Shown piece by piece: positions 9,767-20,054 of a stretch of 64,000 nt of DNA. The notes below the pieces were generated by a model. That model saw nothing but the letters and a program-made list of their open reading frames with translations, searched no databases and was not told the DNA's origin. The position numbers were made by a program, and so were the translations under genes. Source of the stretch: Actinomycetota bacterium (GTDB lineage Bacteria; Actinomycetota; Actinomycetes; S36-B12; UBA5976); contig CANGDR010000002.1 of NCBI GenBank assembly GCA_947452765.1, forward strand, positions 24,407 through 88,406, read 5' to 3'. Each line of letters starts with the position of its first letter. Within the stretch, counting starts at the first letter, position 1.

Positions 9767-11217
9767 TATTTATCCAAATTTCTTACGGCTTGTACGAAAG
9801 CATCGCCACGTTCCGCATAGTCCCGATACATATCCCAGGATGCGCATCCAGGTGCCAATAAGACTGTGTCGCCTTCGGATGCCAACATGGCCGCCTTAGC
9901 TACAACTATCTCCATTGCATTAGTTTCCTTTGTGGCTACACGCTCAATTGGGACATTCGGTGCGTGTCGGGCTAGGGCCTGCGCGATATGGTCTTGATCG
10001 ACGCCCAAAAGCACCACACCCCGCATTCGATGGGCAGTATTAATGATCAATTCATCGAAATCTTGTCCCTTTGCCATCCCTCCAGCAATCCACACAACGG
10101 AACTGTATGCAGCAAGTGACGTTTCAGCCGCATGAGTATTAGTTGCCTTCGAATCGTCTACATAGTCAACGTTGGCAATCTTTGCAACATGCGCAATTCG
10201 GTGTGGCGCTGGCTCCCAAGCGCGCAGCCCGTCACGAATCGAGCGAGCATCCACACCATGAGCTCGTGCCAGGGCAGCTGCTGCCAGGGCATTACTGACA
10301 TTGTGTGCAGCTGGAATAGCAAGGTCAGATATTTCCGCAAGTTCCAGTGCGGCATCACGACGGTTTTCCAAGAAGGCACGATCTACTAAGTACTCTTCAA
10401 CAACGCCTAGCATTGACACGTCAGGAATTCCTAAGGTGAACCCAATTGCACGGCAGCCTTCAATAACTTCGGCTTGTTCAACCATCTGTACTGTTTCTGC
10501 ATCAGCCACATTAAATATTGCAGCGACTTGACAACGTTCGTAAATCCGCGCTTTTGCATTGCGATATGCTTCAAATGACCCAAAGATATCGATGTGATCA
10601 GGGGCTAGGTTCAAGCAAACTGCTGCCTGGGGTGAGATGGTGTGTACAAATGGCAGTTGCGGTGCGCCGACTTCGATAGCGAGAACATCCCATGGGGTTG
10701 GATCCATAACCACTTCGACTAACGAGCGGCCAATGTTGCCAGCAGCGACAGTTCGCTTTCCGGCAGCGAGCAAAATTGATTCCAACATCAAAGTAGTAGT
10801 GGTCTTTCCATTCGTTCCTGTTATAAGTAACCATGGTGCCAAATGCTGTGGATCTCGTAAGCGCCAAGCTAACTCAAGTTCACCCCAAATCGGTAAGTCG
10901 CTCTCCAGAGCAGACTTAACAATCGGTGCAAGCGGCGAAACTCCAGGCGAAAGCACTAGTAAGTCGATGTCAGCTGGTAAATCAGTGTCGTTACCCATTC
11001 GTACATCAGCACCAAGGATTTCTAAAATTGTCGCTCGTTCGTTTTGACGCTCACCTTCCGTTGTTGCCTCCAAAACAATTACTTGCGCGCCTAGGTTAAC
11101 TAACGCATCAGCTGCTGCGAATCCGGCAATACCTAGCCCCACCACACATACGCGTACATTCGACCAGTCACTGGTTCGATTTAAGTTAGAAATATCAAGG
11201 GAAGTCATCGCATGCAA
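9766..11217 (-). CDS. murD: UDP-N-acetylmuramoylalanine--D-glutamate ligase
   Basis: VVGLGIAGFAAA Rossmann N-terminus, ITGTNGKTTTT P-loop, dcw position. Confidence 0.93.
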   Translation of the reverse strand: MHAMTSLDISNLNRTSDWSNVRVCVVGLGIAGFAAADALVNLGAQVIVLEATTEGERQNERATILEILGADVRMGNDTDLPADIDLLVLSPGVSPLAPIVKSALESDLPIWGELELAWRLRDPQHLAPWLLITGTNGKTTTTLMLESILLAAGKRTVAAGNIGRSLVEVVMDPTPWDVLAIEVGAPQLPFVHTISPQAAVCLNLAPDHIDIFGSFEAYRNAKARIYERCQVAAIFNVADAETVQMVEQAEVIEGCRAIGFTLGIPDVSMLGVVEEYLVDRAFLENRRDAALELAEISDLAIPAAHNVSNALAAAALARAHGVDARSIRDGLRAWEPAPHRIAHVAKIANVDYVDDSKATNTHAAETSLAAYSSVVWIAGGMAKGQDFDELIINTAHRMRGVVLLGVDQDHIAQALARHAPNVPIERVATKETNAMEIVVAKAAMLASEGDTVLLAPGCASWDMYRDYAERGDAFVQAVRNLDK

Positions 11218-11223
11218 TCTCGC

Positions 11224-12291
11224 CTACTGGCGAACCCATTCCGCATAAAACATCGCCATACCTGCGCCGACACACAAACCTTGGATGATCCAGAAGCGAA
11301 CCACAATTTGAACTTCTGGCCAGCCTTTCATCTCAAAGTGATGGTGCAATGGAGCCATTCGGAGAACTCGTTTGCCAGTTAACTTATAAGATCCGACCTG
11401 TGCAATTACTGACAATGTAATAATTACAAACAGCCCACCAATCAAACCAAGTAAGAGTTCGGTACGAGTCATCAGTGCGAGGGCTGCTAAGGCACCGCCG
11501 AGCGCCAACGATCCGGTATCGCCCATAAAGATACGAGCCGGACTTGCATTCCACCAAAGAAATCCAAAACTTGCTCCGGCACATGCTGCCGCAAACACGG
11601 CAAGATCAAGTGGATCTCTAACCGTGTAACACCGCGCGAACTCACCCCAGAAGCAACTTTGTCCGTATTGCCAAATGCACATGATTGTGTAGGCCGTAAA
11701 TGAAACTAATGCTGCTCCCGTTGCTAAGCCATCTAGTCCATCAGTCAGATTTGTGCCATTAGTGATTCCAGTGATTAGAAACCAGATCCAAATTAGAATG
11801 ACAGCTCCTGGGAGCACCAATCGTGTATCACGGACCCAAGAAATCGCATTCGAGATTGGAAGCTTTCCACTTTCATCTGGGAACCTGGTGGCTAAATAAC
11901 CAAACGAAACTGCGGCTACTGCTTGTCCCAGCAATTTAGTCCTGGCTCTGATACCAGTACTGCGTTGCTTAAATATTTTTAAATAATCATCAGCTACGCC
12001 AACCAAACTAAGTGAAACCATTAAATAAATGGCAAGGTATCCCGACACAGTTGGTGGGCGCCAAACAATAAGGTGAGCTAAAAAGTAAGCCAAGATCACC
12101 GAGATAACTATTGCTACTCCACCCATGGATGGGGTGCCACGCTTGCTCCCATGTTCTGGATAAAGTACATCTTCAGTTGATTCCCGAATTGCCTGCGCAA
12201 TTCCCCGCTTATGGAGGAAATTAATTAAAAGCGGCGTGCCGATTAAAGTGAAGAGCGCGGCGAGTCCGCCTGCAAGCACAACTAACTTCAC
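11224..12291 (-). CDS. mraY: phospho-N-acetylmuramoyl-pentapeptide transferase
   Basis: ADDYLKI and NGTNLTDGLDGLA motifs. I prefer the GTG at 12291-12289, which forms a GTGA overlap with the murF stop, over the ORF-track ATG at 12315. Confidence 0.9.
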   Translation of the reverse strand: MKLVVLAGGLAALFTLIGTPLLINFLHKRGIAQAIRESTEDVLYPEHGSKRGTPSMGGVAIVISVILAYFLAHLIVWRPPTVSGYLAIYLMVSLSLVGVADDYLKIFKQRSTGIRARTKLLGQAVAAVSFGYLATRFPDESGKLPISNAISWVRDTRLVLPGAVILIWIWFLITGITNGTNLTDGLDGLATGAALVSFTAYTIMCIWQYGQSCFWGEFARCYTVRDPLDLAVFAAACAGASFGFLWWNASPARIFMGDTGSLALGGALAALALMTRTELLLGLIGGLFVIITLSVIAQVGSYKLTGKRVLRMAPLHHHFEMKGWPEVQIVVRFWIIQGLCVGAGMAMFYAEWVRQ

Positions 12292-13715
12292 TTTGAGCTC
12301 CCCTTCGATGTCCACTTAGCGACTAATCGTGACTCGATGTCCTCGGCTAGTACTTCAAACTTTTCAGCTCGGGAAGCCTTAAAGATAATGACATCGCCAG
12401 GTTGTATCTCATTGACAATGTAGTCGGATGCCTGCGCAAAGTCGGGATACCACACCGATTCGCCATCCCCATTCAACACTTGAGTTGCACCCAAATAGAT
12501 AGGCCGTGCTTGATTCCCAATTGAAACGATGTGTGAAACGTTAAGGTCAACTGCTAAGCGACCAATTCGATCGTGTTCGGAAACTTCTACATCGCCCAGT
12601 TCGTGCATTGCTCCGAGAACTGCCCAAGTTCGGCCCAGGCGTGGAATGCTCACCAAAGTTTTTAACGCAGCAGCCATCGATTCTGGATTAGCGTTATAAG
12701 AATCATTAATTAGCAAAACGTCGTGGGGCAAGTCATGAACTTCCATCCGCCATTTGCTTACTTGCTTTGTTTGCTCAAGTGCACTGACGATCTCCTGTAG
12801 TGACATCCCAGAGATTAGTCCAACGGCAGTTGCTGCTAGCGCATTAGAAACATTGTGTTCACCCAGCATTGGAAGTGTTGCAGGAACACGTTTTCCCTCA
12901 AACACCAAGTCAAATGTATAAGTTCCATTCTGAGTGATTGCTAAATTTTCTCCCCGGACGTCAGCGAAATCCGAAAACCCAAAGGTGACTGATCTTGCTG
13001 AAGTAAGCTCCTGCATATTTCGCACGAGCGGGTCATCCGCATTGAGTACGGCAAAACCAGTTTCTGGCAGAGACTCAATCAACTCACCCTTAGCTTGGGC
13101 TATCCCATGCATCGAACCAACTTCGCCTATATGTGCTTGTCCGACATTTGTTACGACCCCAATATTTGGTTTTGCGATATTGCACAAATATTTAATGTGT
13201 CCAAGGCCACGCATACCCATTTCTAAAACTAAATACTCAGTATCAGTTGGTGCACTAAGTATCGTTAGTGGCATTCCTAATTCATTATTAGGTGAACCTA
13301 CCGGCGCTTGGGTGACTCCATGGGTGTTCAAAACTTGACCAATCAAATCTTTAGTCGAAGTTTTTCCTGAAGATCCCGTTATCCCAATCACGGAAACATC
13401 TGCCATTTTGGCCCGTTGCGCCTTAGCAATTAATCCGACAGCAACTATTACCGAATCCAAAGGGTCGGAGTTGGTCGGAATCAAAATATAGTTACCTGAG
13501 ACAGGTTTTGTTGCCAAGGTTGCAAGGGCACCTGATGCAAGTGCTTGCTCGACACAATTATGGCCATCAGTACGTTCACCGACTATCGCGCAGAATAGGT
13601 CCCCTGACTTAATCGATCGAGAGTCAGTTGAAATCCCCGTCACAACAAAAGTGCTGTCCCCGAAGACTTCACCGCCAACAATTTCAGCCAACTCAGCTAA
13701 CGAGAAGTTATACAT
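12288..13715 (-). CDS. murF: UDP-N-acetylmuramoyl-tripeptide--D-alanyl-D-alanine ligase
   Basis: GITGSSGKTSTKD P-loop. Likely start is MYNFSLAELAEIVGG at 13715, an 8-nt overlap with the murE stop. Confidence 0.92.
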   Translation of the reverse strand: MYNFSLAELAEIVGGEVFGDSTFVVTGISTDSRSIKSGDLFCAIVGERTDGHNCVEQALASGALATLATKPVSGNYILIPTNSDPLDSVIVAVGLIAKAQRAKMADVSVIGITGSSGKTSTKDLIGQVLNTHGVTQAPVGSPNNELGMPLTILSAPTDTEYLVLEMGMRGLGHIKYLCNIAKPNIGVVTNVGQAHIGEVGSMHGIAQAKGELIESLPETGFAVLNADDPLVRNMQELTSARSVTFGFSDFADVRGENLAITQNGTYTFDLVFEGKRVPATLPMLGEHNVSNALAATAVGLISGMSLQEIVSALEQTKQVSKWRMEVHDLPHDVLLINDSYNANPESMAAALKTLVSIPRLGRTWAVLGAMHELGDVEVSEHDRIGRLAVDLNVSHIVSIGNQARPIYLGATQVLNGDGESVWYPDFAQASDYIVNEIQPGDVIIFKASRAEKFEVLAEDIESRLVAKWTSKGSSK

Positions 13716-15201
13716 TGGCGGACTCCGCGACAATCACTTTACGATCGTCAAAGTCTGTGATGACACCATTTACTTCTTGGCCGGTCTCGTGTCCCTTTCC
13801 TAAAACTGCAACTACATCTCCAGCTTTTGCTTGAGCCAATGCATAACGAATGGCTTCACGCCGATTCCCAATTTCGATAAGTTGGGCATCACCTTGACGG
13901 GCGCCCGCTAATACTGCAGCGCGAATCTTTGCCGGATCTTCACTTCGTGGGTTGTCATCCGTGATCACCACCAAGTCTGATAATTCGGAGGCTGCCCTAC
14001 CCATCAACGGACGCTTTGCAGAATCTCTGTCGCCTCCGCAACCTAAGACCGCAATAATCCGAGTTGGATTTGAATCACGAATAACTTGCAAAACCGTAGT
14101 AACTGCATCAGGGGTGTGGGCGTAATCGACGACAGCCGTGCCGAGAGCCTGATGTGTAACAACTTCAAATCGTCCTGGAATTGGTCGGATATTGCGAAGG
14201 GAATTTAACGCGTCGACTTGATCTGTTCCTAGTAATTCCACAACAGCAAGTGCCATGGCAGCATTTGTGGCATTAAACGAGCCAAACATATTTATTTCGA
14301 GAGCAATTTTTGTGGTTGCCGTTGTTATCGTTACCGCCGTAACCCCAGGTTTTGCATATTTGGCTTTGCTGAGGCTCCAATCCCCGAAAGCCCCAACTGT
14401 GAGCCTTGGAATCTGGATCGCTGAAGCCAGCTTTTGACCCCAAGCTTCATCGACTCCAATAATCGCCCTCTTAGCGTGCTCCGAAGTAAATAGCGAAGCT
14501 TTAGCTTGGAAATATGAATCCATATCTCCGTGGAAGTCAAGATGGTCTTGTGTCAGGTTTGTAAAAACTGCCACGTCAAAGGACAATCCAGTGACTCGAT
14601 GCAAGACAAGTGCGTGGCTTGAGACTTCCATAAAAACTGTCTTGACTCCGCGATCGACCATAACTGCAAGTAGGGCGAATAGATCTGTGGATTCTGGTGT
14701 AGTTCGAACTCCAGGTATGGATTCCTCGTTTATGAATGTGCCAAGAGTTCCAATGACGCCGACACTTTTCTTTGCATCCAAGAAAATGGATCGCAACATG
14801 TGAGTCGTTGTAGTTTTACCGTTGGTCCCAGTCACTCCCACCAAAGAAAGTTTTTTCTGGGGGTTGCCATAAATATGCGCGGCGAGTAAGGCCATGTCGT
14901 GGCGGACATCAGACAAAAGTAAATTTGGAATTCCATTGCTGGTAGCTACTGCTACCCCATGCTCGTCACTTGCAATTGCAACTGCACCACGTGCTATTGC
15001 CTCCGCTATAAATTCAACTCCGTGGTGATTCTCTCCAGGTACCGCAACATATAAATCACCAGCTAGAACATCTTTGGAATTATGCGTGATGCCAGTAATT
15101 GATATTTCATTGCTTGTTGCTTCGGCTACAAGCCCTGGGCCCGTAACAAGTATTGCTAGCTCACGCAAAGAAGTAGCGCCAACAATTGGTCTAAGCGTCA
15201 T
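13708..15201 (-). CDS. murE: UDP-N-acetylmuramoyl-L-alanyl-D-glutamate--2,6-diaminopimelate ligase
   Basis: GVTGTNGKTTTT P-loop and DDNPRSEDP motif. Likely start is the ATG at 15201, preceded by GAGG. Confidence 0.92.
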   Translation of the reverse strand: MTLRPIVGATSLRELAILVTGPGLVAEATSNEISITGITHNSKDVLAGDLYVAVPGENHHGVEFIAEAIARGAVAIASDEHGVAVATSNGIPNLLLSDVRHDMALLAAHIYGNPQKKLSLVGVTGTNGKTTTTHMLRSIFLDAKKSVGVIGTLGTFINEESIPGVRTTPESTDLFALLAVMVDRGVKTVFMEVSSHALVLHRVTGLSFDVAVFTNLTQDHLDFHGDMDSYFQAKASLFTSEHAKRAIIGVDEAWGQKLASAIQIPRLTVGAFGDWSLSKAKYAKPGVTAVTITTATTKIALEINMFGSFNATNAAMALAVVELLGTDQVDALNSLRNIRPIPGRFEVVTHQALGTAVVDYAHTPDAVTTVLQVIRDSNPTRIIAVLGCGGDRDSAKRPLMGRAASELSDLVVITDDNPRSEDPAKIRAAVLAGARQGDAQLIEIGNRREAIRYALAQAKAGDVVAVLGKGHETGQEVNGVITDFDDRKVIVAESANV

Positions 15202-15211
15202 CGGGACCTCG

Positions 15212-17023
15212 TCACCAGCCAACAGGAATCTTTGGTGGCCTGGTTTTTGTTGGTGGAATCTTTTGCTGAGCTAGCGCATAAGTCATAATCTTTTTAAAGA
15301 CTGGTCCGGCAACGGTGCTACCAAAGTGACCGTTAACTGGATTGTGAATCATGACAGCAATCACAAGTGATGGATTTTCGGCCGGCGCCATTCCAATGAA
15401 CGATGCGGTATATCCGCTATATCCGCGGGTAGCAGCATCATATTTATTTGCAGTACCGGTCTTGCCAGCTATTCGATAACCAGCAATCTGGGCATCAGGT
15501 GCCGTGCCGTCTGCCGACACTACACTTTCCAACATTTCACGAACAGTCTTGGCGGTAGCTGCACTGACCACTTTAACTCCGGGTACAGGTGAGTTCGGCT
15601 CGAATTTCCCGTCGTTACCTACATAGCCTGCTATCAATCGAGGCTTCATCCGAACTCCGTCATTTGCAATAGTTGCGAAAACGGAGGCCGCCTGAATCGC
15701 GTTCACGGATAGGCCCTGACCAAATGCGAGAGTTGGGAATGTTGTGCCAGACCAATCCTTAAGTGCAGGAAGTAAACCGGCACTTTCACCTGGAAAATTC
15801 ATTCCAGTAAAGTCTCCAATTCCAAACTTCTTCAAGTAGCCATAAAATTTCTTTTCACCAATAGCTTCAGCGGCCAAGATTGATCCCATATTGCTGGACT
15901 TAGCAAGAACACCGTTGAGAGTTAAGTGCAGAACCCCGTGCTTATCGTGATCGTGAAATGTGGTGCCTGCTCTCGGTAAGCCTGCCGGGATTGTGAACTT
16001 TGACATCGGGGTGAAGGCACCCTCCTCGATAACTGCTGCCATCGTCATAACCTTGCTTGTGGATCCAGGTTCGAATACGTCAGTTACTGCTGGGTTGCGT
16101 TTAGTTTGATCGCTTGTAGCAAAAGGGTCATTGGGATCAAATGTTGGATATGTAGCGAGTGCGATTATGTCGCCAGTTCTCGGATCCATAACGACAACGT
16201 CGCCACCTTTTGCACCAGACTTAGTAACTTCATCAGCGAGTGCTCGTTCTGCCATAGCCTGGACATCGCGATCGATGGTTAGTCTCGTGGAAATTCCGTT
16301 GGTTGGGTCAATGCTCTGACGTTCGCTGGTAGGAATTTCCCGACCATGTACGCGCTCGACCGTTAAAGTGCCGTCCGTGCCAGATAGTTGTTTGTCTAGG
16401 CCGTATTCGAGACCACCTAGTCCGTGACCTTCGGCGCCTACGTACCCAACTACGTTTGCCGCTAGTGCGCCGTTTGGATAGGAGCGCTTCGTTGTTGGTT
16501 CGCTGAAAATTCCTGGAATTCCAAGTGCAGCAATTGCCTTCCACGCATCAGGAGTGATTTGCTTTGCCACATAGTTGAACCGTTTGTCACCTGTAATTAG
16601 TTCAGTGACTTTTTTGACCGGAAGCCCGAGTAGCGGCGCAAGAACAGTGGCAGTTCCTGCTGGATCTTTAATCAAAGTTTGATCAACTGTTACATTGCGC
16701 GCCATAATCGTCGTTGCAATTGCTACCCCATTTGCATCTGTAATGGTTCCACGTAGTGCTGGTAGCACCAAAGTTTGCAATCTTGAGTTCTGGGCAGCCG
16801 CAGCGAGAGCTGGACCTTGGACGATTTGCAGATCTATTAACCGCGTAAAGAACAAAGACAAAACCATCAAAAAAACGACCGTCGTAAATCTAATCCGCTT
16901 ATGTGGACTTTGCAGATTCAACATAATCGGACCGGTAGGAACGGGAGCCGTTCCGCGCATTTGTAGCAGCCGAGGTTTTTGGTCTGGTTGCTGCGAAGGG
17001 CGAATTGGACTTTGGGTACTCAT
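15212..17023 (-). CDS. ftsI: class B penicillin-binding protein (division transpeptidase FtsI)
   Basis: N-terminal TM. SxxK (GSTSKVMT), SxN (KSSNMG) and KTG (GKTGTA) boxes. dcw position. Confidence 0.93.
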   Translation of the reverse strand: MSTQSPIRPSQQPDQKPRLLQMRGTAPVPTGPIMLNLQSPHKRIRFTTVVFLMVLSLFFTRLIDLQIVQGPALAAAAQNSRLQTLVLPALRGTITDANGVAIATTIMARNVTVDQTLIKDPAGTATVLAPLLGLPVKKVTELITGDKRFNYVAKQITPDAWKAIAALGIPGIFSEPTTKRSYPNGALAANVVGYVGAEGHGLGGLEYGLDKQLSGTDGTLTVERVHGREIPTSERQSIDPTNGISTRLTIDRDVQAMAERALADEVTKSGAKGGDVVVMDPRTGDIIALATYPTFDPNDPFATSDQTKRNPAVTDVFEPGSTSKVMTMAAVIEEGAFTPMSKFTIPAGLPRAGTTFHDHDKHGVLHLTLNGVLAKSSNMGSILAAEAIGEKKFYGYLKKFGIGDFTGMNFPGESAGLLPALKDWSGTTFPTLAFGQGLSVNAIQAASVFATIANDGVRMKPRLIAGYVGNDGKFEPNSPVPGVKVVSAATAKTVREMLESVVSADGTAPDAQIAGYRIAGKTGTANKYDAATRGYSGYTASFIGMAPAENPSLVIAVMIHNPVNGHFGSTVAGPVFKKIMTYALAQQKIPPTKTRPPKIPVGW

Positions 17024-17481
17024 TACTTAGCACCCGCCACTGCTCGCACAGGCTTTCCCAAAATTGTCTGATCTGACAGCCGCAAAAAAACTGGTGATTG
17101 AGCTGGAACCATACCCATAGATTGCGCAGATGTAATCAAAGCTTCTGGTGACTCACCAGCGACCACTAAGTTTGAAATAGATTGCTCGTCTGCAGTCATT
17201 TGAGCCAACTGCATTTGTAATGAATGCTTCTGAAATGAAGATTGGGCTGCCAATGTGTTTACAAAAAGCAGCAGCATCATTCCCGAAATAATGATTCCCA
17301 AAATTACAAACAGGAATGTCCGATTACTCGCCCGACCTTGAGGTACTGAAATCGGGATTGCTTGCGCGATTGGCGAAACAATTGGCTTAACCATCGGCTT
17401 AACTAAGGCGAGCCTTCGCATCGCCTTAGACTTTCGAGGGATTGGTGCTAATGCGGGGGTGCGAGCTGGCATGGCACTCAT
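17023..17481 (-). CDS. ftsL: FtsL-like single-pass division protein
   Basis: 152 aa with one TM ([19 protein letters not shown]) followed by a short heptad-like stretch. Occupies the ftsL slot. ATGA overlap with rsmH and TAATG overlap with ftsI. Confidence 0.7.
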   Translation of the reverse strand: MSAMPARTPALAPIPRKSKAMRRLALVKPMVKPIVSPIAQAIPISVPQGRASNRTFLFVILGIIISGMMLLLFVNTLAAQSSFQKHSLQMQLAQMTADEQSISNLVVAGESPEALITSAQSMGMVPAQSPVFLRLSDQTILGKPVRAVAGAK

Positions 17482-18431
17482 GCGGCGACTCCAATCCGCT
17501 GAGCGGCCCGAAGCCGGACCGAAGTTGCGCGAGAATTCTCAGCAATCTCTTTCTCACTTGCCGGTTCGGATCCGCGAGTTAAAAGTTGTAGCCAAGGCTT
17601 ATCGGTATCTGGGACAAAAGGCATATCAACGGGAGTGGTGCTTTCAGTTCCTACCCGGAGTGCATTTTTAGCTATGCGGTCTTCCAGGGAGTGGTACGAA
17701 AGGATGACGATTCGACCATTCATTGCCAAGACATCTAGTGCCGCTGGAATAGCGCGCTCTAGGACAACTAGCTCTTCATTGACTTCTATTCGAAGCGCTT
17801 GGAATGTTCGCTTTGCTGGATTTCCGCCAGTGCGACGGGTTGCGGCTGGAATTGCATCCCGTACGACTGCAACCAATTGGTCGCTGTTTGTGAATGGTCG
17901 AAGTTCCCGTTCCTTGATGATGGCATTTGCTACTCGACCAGCAAAACGCTCTTCGCCATAGACCTTAAGGATGCGTGCCAAGTTTGCAAAGTCATATGTA
18001 TTGACAACGTCGGCTGCAGTTTGCCCCACAGTTCCGTTCATTCGCATATCTAGTGGTGAATTACGGGAATACGCAAAGCCGCGATCGTCTTTATCTAACT
18101 GCATTGACGAGACACCTAAGTCAAACAGAATTCCTTGTACCGATTCGATTCCCAATTTGGAAAGCTCATCAGCAATTTCGTCATAAACTGCATGCACAAA
18201 ATCGACGCGAGGTGCAAAGCGCGCTAAGCGAGTCCTAGATATGTCAAGAGCTTCTGGGTCGCGATCGAAACCAACAACTCTAAGGTTTGGAAATTCCTCC
18301 AGCGCGGACTCAGTGTGGCCACCTAAACCAAGTGTGGCGTCTACCAAAATTGCTCCATCAGCACTAATGGCTGGCGCTAAAAGGTCCAGGCAGCGTTGCC
18401 GCAAAACTGGAACGTGCGCGAATGTAGACAT
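17478..18431 (-). CDS. rsmH: 16S rRNA (cytosine1402-N4)-methyltransferase
   Basis: [10 protein letters not shown] and [10 protein letters not shown] motifs, position after mraZ. Confidence 0.95.
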   Translation of the reverse strand: MSTFAHVPVLRQRCLDLLAPAISADGAILVDATLGLGGHTESALEEFPNLRVVGFDRDPEALDISRTRLARFAPRVDFVHAVYDEIADELSKLGIESVQGILFDLGVSSMQLDKDDRGFAYSRNSPLDMRMNGTVGQTAADVVNTYDFANLARILKVYGEERFAGRVANAIIKERELRPFTNSDQLVAVVRDAIPAATRRTGGNPAKRTFQALRIEVNEELVVLERAIPAALDVLAMNGRIVILSYHSLEDRIAKNALRVGTESTTPVDMPFVPDTDKPWLQLLTRGSEPASEKEIAENSRATSVRLRAAQRIGVAA

Positions 18432-18465
18432 TACAAAACTACAAACTCAGATGCAGCCTCAAGTC

Positions 18466-18524
18466 CCTGGTCGTTGGAGAGCCTGGCACCGGGGAAGGTG
18501 CGCCAGGATCGCGCCAACGACCAG
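18466..18524 (-). ncRNA. long stem-loop in the mraZ-rsmH spacer; candidate mraW RNA motif
   Basis: cctggtcgttgg (18466-18477) pairs with ccaacgaccag (18514-18524). An inner helix cctggc/gccagg adds to it. It lies in the 5' region of rsmH (mraW), where a structured actinobacterial motif of that name has been described. Confidence 0.45.
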
Positions 18525-18579
18525 AGGCCAAAGGCAACATCAATCGTGATGTTTTGGTTTTTGCAATTAGGTTTTAATT

Positions 18580-19005
18580 TCATGGCAGAACCACGTCTTC
18601 ATCGAGCGTCGCAAAGCCTGGTTCTTGGACTGCCAGGTACTGGTTCCAGGCAACGATGTCCCAGATTTCAATTCGGGTATCAGCACCTACTACAACAAGT
18701 TCACGATCTAGCCCTGCCCATTCGCGAAGTGGCGCTGGAATGGTTACTCGGCCTTGCTTGTCGGCTGAATCATCAAAGGCAGATGAGAAAAAAACTCGAG
18801 TGAATGCCCGAACTTTTTCGTTGTTCTGGGACCGTTCGCGCAGGCTCTCGGCATAATCCTGGAATCGCTCATTCGGCCAAATAACTACACAACGCTCTTG
18901 GCCCTTGGTCATGACGATGCCATCGCCTAGCGGTTCACGGAATTTAGCCGGCAGAATCAACCGGCCTTTGTCGTCAAGCTTTGGGGTGTGAGTGCCTAGA
19001 AACAC
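18580..19005 (-). CDS. mraZ: transcriptional regulator MraZ
   Basis: Two MraZ/AbrB-type repeats (LDDKGRLILPAKFRE and ADKQGRVTIPAPLRE). I prefer the GTG at 19005 (VFLGTHTPKLD, typical MraZ N-terminus) with GAGG 8 nt upstream over the ORF-track start at 19014. Confidence 0.93.
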   Translation of the reverse strand: MFLGTHTPKLDDKGRLILPAKFREPLGDGIVMTKGQERCVVIWPNERFQDYAESLRERSQNNEKVRAFTRVFFSSAFDDSADKQGRVTIPAPLREWAGLDRELVVVGADTRIEIWDIVAWNQYLAVQEPGFATLDEDVVLP

Positions 19006-19060
19006 TTGCAACACCTCACAAAACCAAGGGCGATTCTTCCCCGAACCACCTAGTTGTCCC

Positions 19061-19088
19061 AGATTACTCCATTTTGCTCCACTGTCAA
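19061..19088 (-). promoter_or_regulatory. candidate mraZ/dcw promoter with an MraZ-type repeat pair filling the spacer
   Basis: Minus strand reads TTGACA (19088-19083), then GTGGAGCAAAATGGAG (16 nt, 19082-19067), then TAATCT (19066-19061). GTGGAG-N5-TGGAG resembles the GTGGG-type direct repeats bound by MraZ. Confidence 0.4.
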
Positions 19089-19152
19089 CCTTATTTAGGT
19101 ATCAATTACCTCGCATGTTACATAATGTGCAATAAAAGCCTTTAAAACATGG

Positions 19153-19168
19153 GTGGAGTAAAATGGGG
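19153..19168 (+). promoter_or_regulatory. second MraZ-box-like pair, inverted relative to the first
   Basis: GTGGAGTAAAATGGGG on the plus strand. It matches the reverse complement of 19067-19082 at 14 of 16 positions. Confidence 0.3.
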
Positions 19169-19233
19169 GAAATTCTAAATTTTTAGCCAAATTTTTTATG
19201 CAAGCGAATTTTCTAATTGGCCCTGGCCAGAAA

Positions 19234-20049
19234 CTAAGGGTGAACCGGAGCCACTAATCCGGTTGGAGCTAGGCACATGTAGTTTCGATCCAAAGTTACG
19301 CGACCGACAGTTGCCACAAATTGCACGATAGCAGGCTCTCTAAGTCCAAATGAACTAGTCGTACAAGCTGCCTTTGCAGCAGCGACGCCACTTGCGACAT
19401 CGGGATACTTACCTAATGCCAACCAAGTTGGAACACCCAGATTTGCATCTCCAGTTATTTCAAACCAGTGTGCTGGTGGACCATAAATACCCACGGGATA
19501 CCCAGCTGCGGAAAGCTGAGCCATAGTTTCACTTATAACTTGAGCAGCTCGATCGGTAGTTGACCAAGTGTTGTGGGTTTCAACATCAAGCCAAACTGGG
19601 GTTCCGACTGGAACTTTAAATTTCTTGAGTCGTTTTATTGTGTCGCTAGCAATGCTTTTCCCATACCGGGTTGCCGAACCGTCATTTGGATCAGCCGTAT
19701 TTATGTATACCGCTACCCCATCGTGGGTTTTTGCCCAATTCCACTGAGTTTCAAAACATGGGTTTGATGTAAAAGGCTTACCTTTATTTAAACCAACAAT
19801 TACGAATCCGACGGGGCTACTTGGCAGCTTTGATTTACATTGTGGGTGTGACACGTCGTAACCACTGTTGTCGAGTGGTGCGGTCCAGGAAATTTGGGCA
19901 GGTTGCTGAACACTAATAAAGGTCCGGCCATCGACAGTTCCAATACTTAATGGCTCAGGATTTAGCCAAGAAGAAATAAGAGTGAACCCGATAAAACCAG
20001 CTAGCACCAATGTTCCAGCCGTAACGAGAAAGCCCAGTAATCTACGCAA
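19234..20049 (-). CDS. membrane-anchored glycoside-hydrolase-like protein (GH25 / DUF1906-like)
   Basis: TTG start, N-terminal TM (LLGFLVTAGTLVLAGFIGFTLI), GYDVSHPQC motif reminiscent of GH25/Rv2525c-like domains. The family assignment is tentative. Confidence 0.45.
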   Translation of the reverse strand: MRRLLGFLVTAGTLVLAGFIGFTLISSWLNPEPLSIGTVDGRTFISVQQPAQISWTAPLDNSGYDVSHPQCKSKLPSSPVGFVIVGLNKGKPFTSNPCFETQWNWAKTHDGVAVYINTADPNDGSATRYGKSIASDTIKRLKKFKVPVGTPVWLDVETHNTWSTTDRAAQVISETMAQLSAAGYPVGIYGPPAHWFEITGDANLGVPTWLALGKYPDVASGVAAAKAACTTSSFGLREPAIVQFVATVGRVTLDRNYMCLAPTGLVAPVHP

Positions 20050-20054
20050 GGGCT

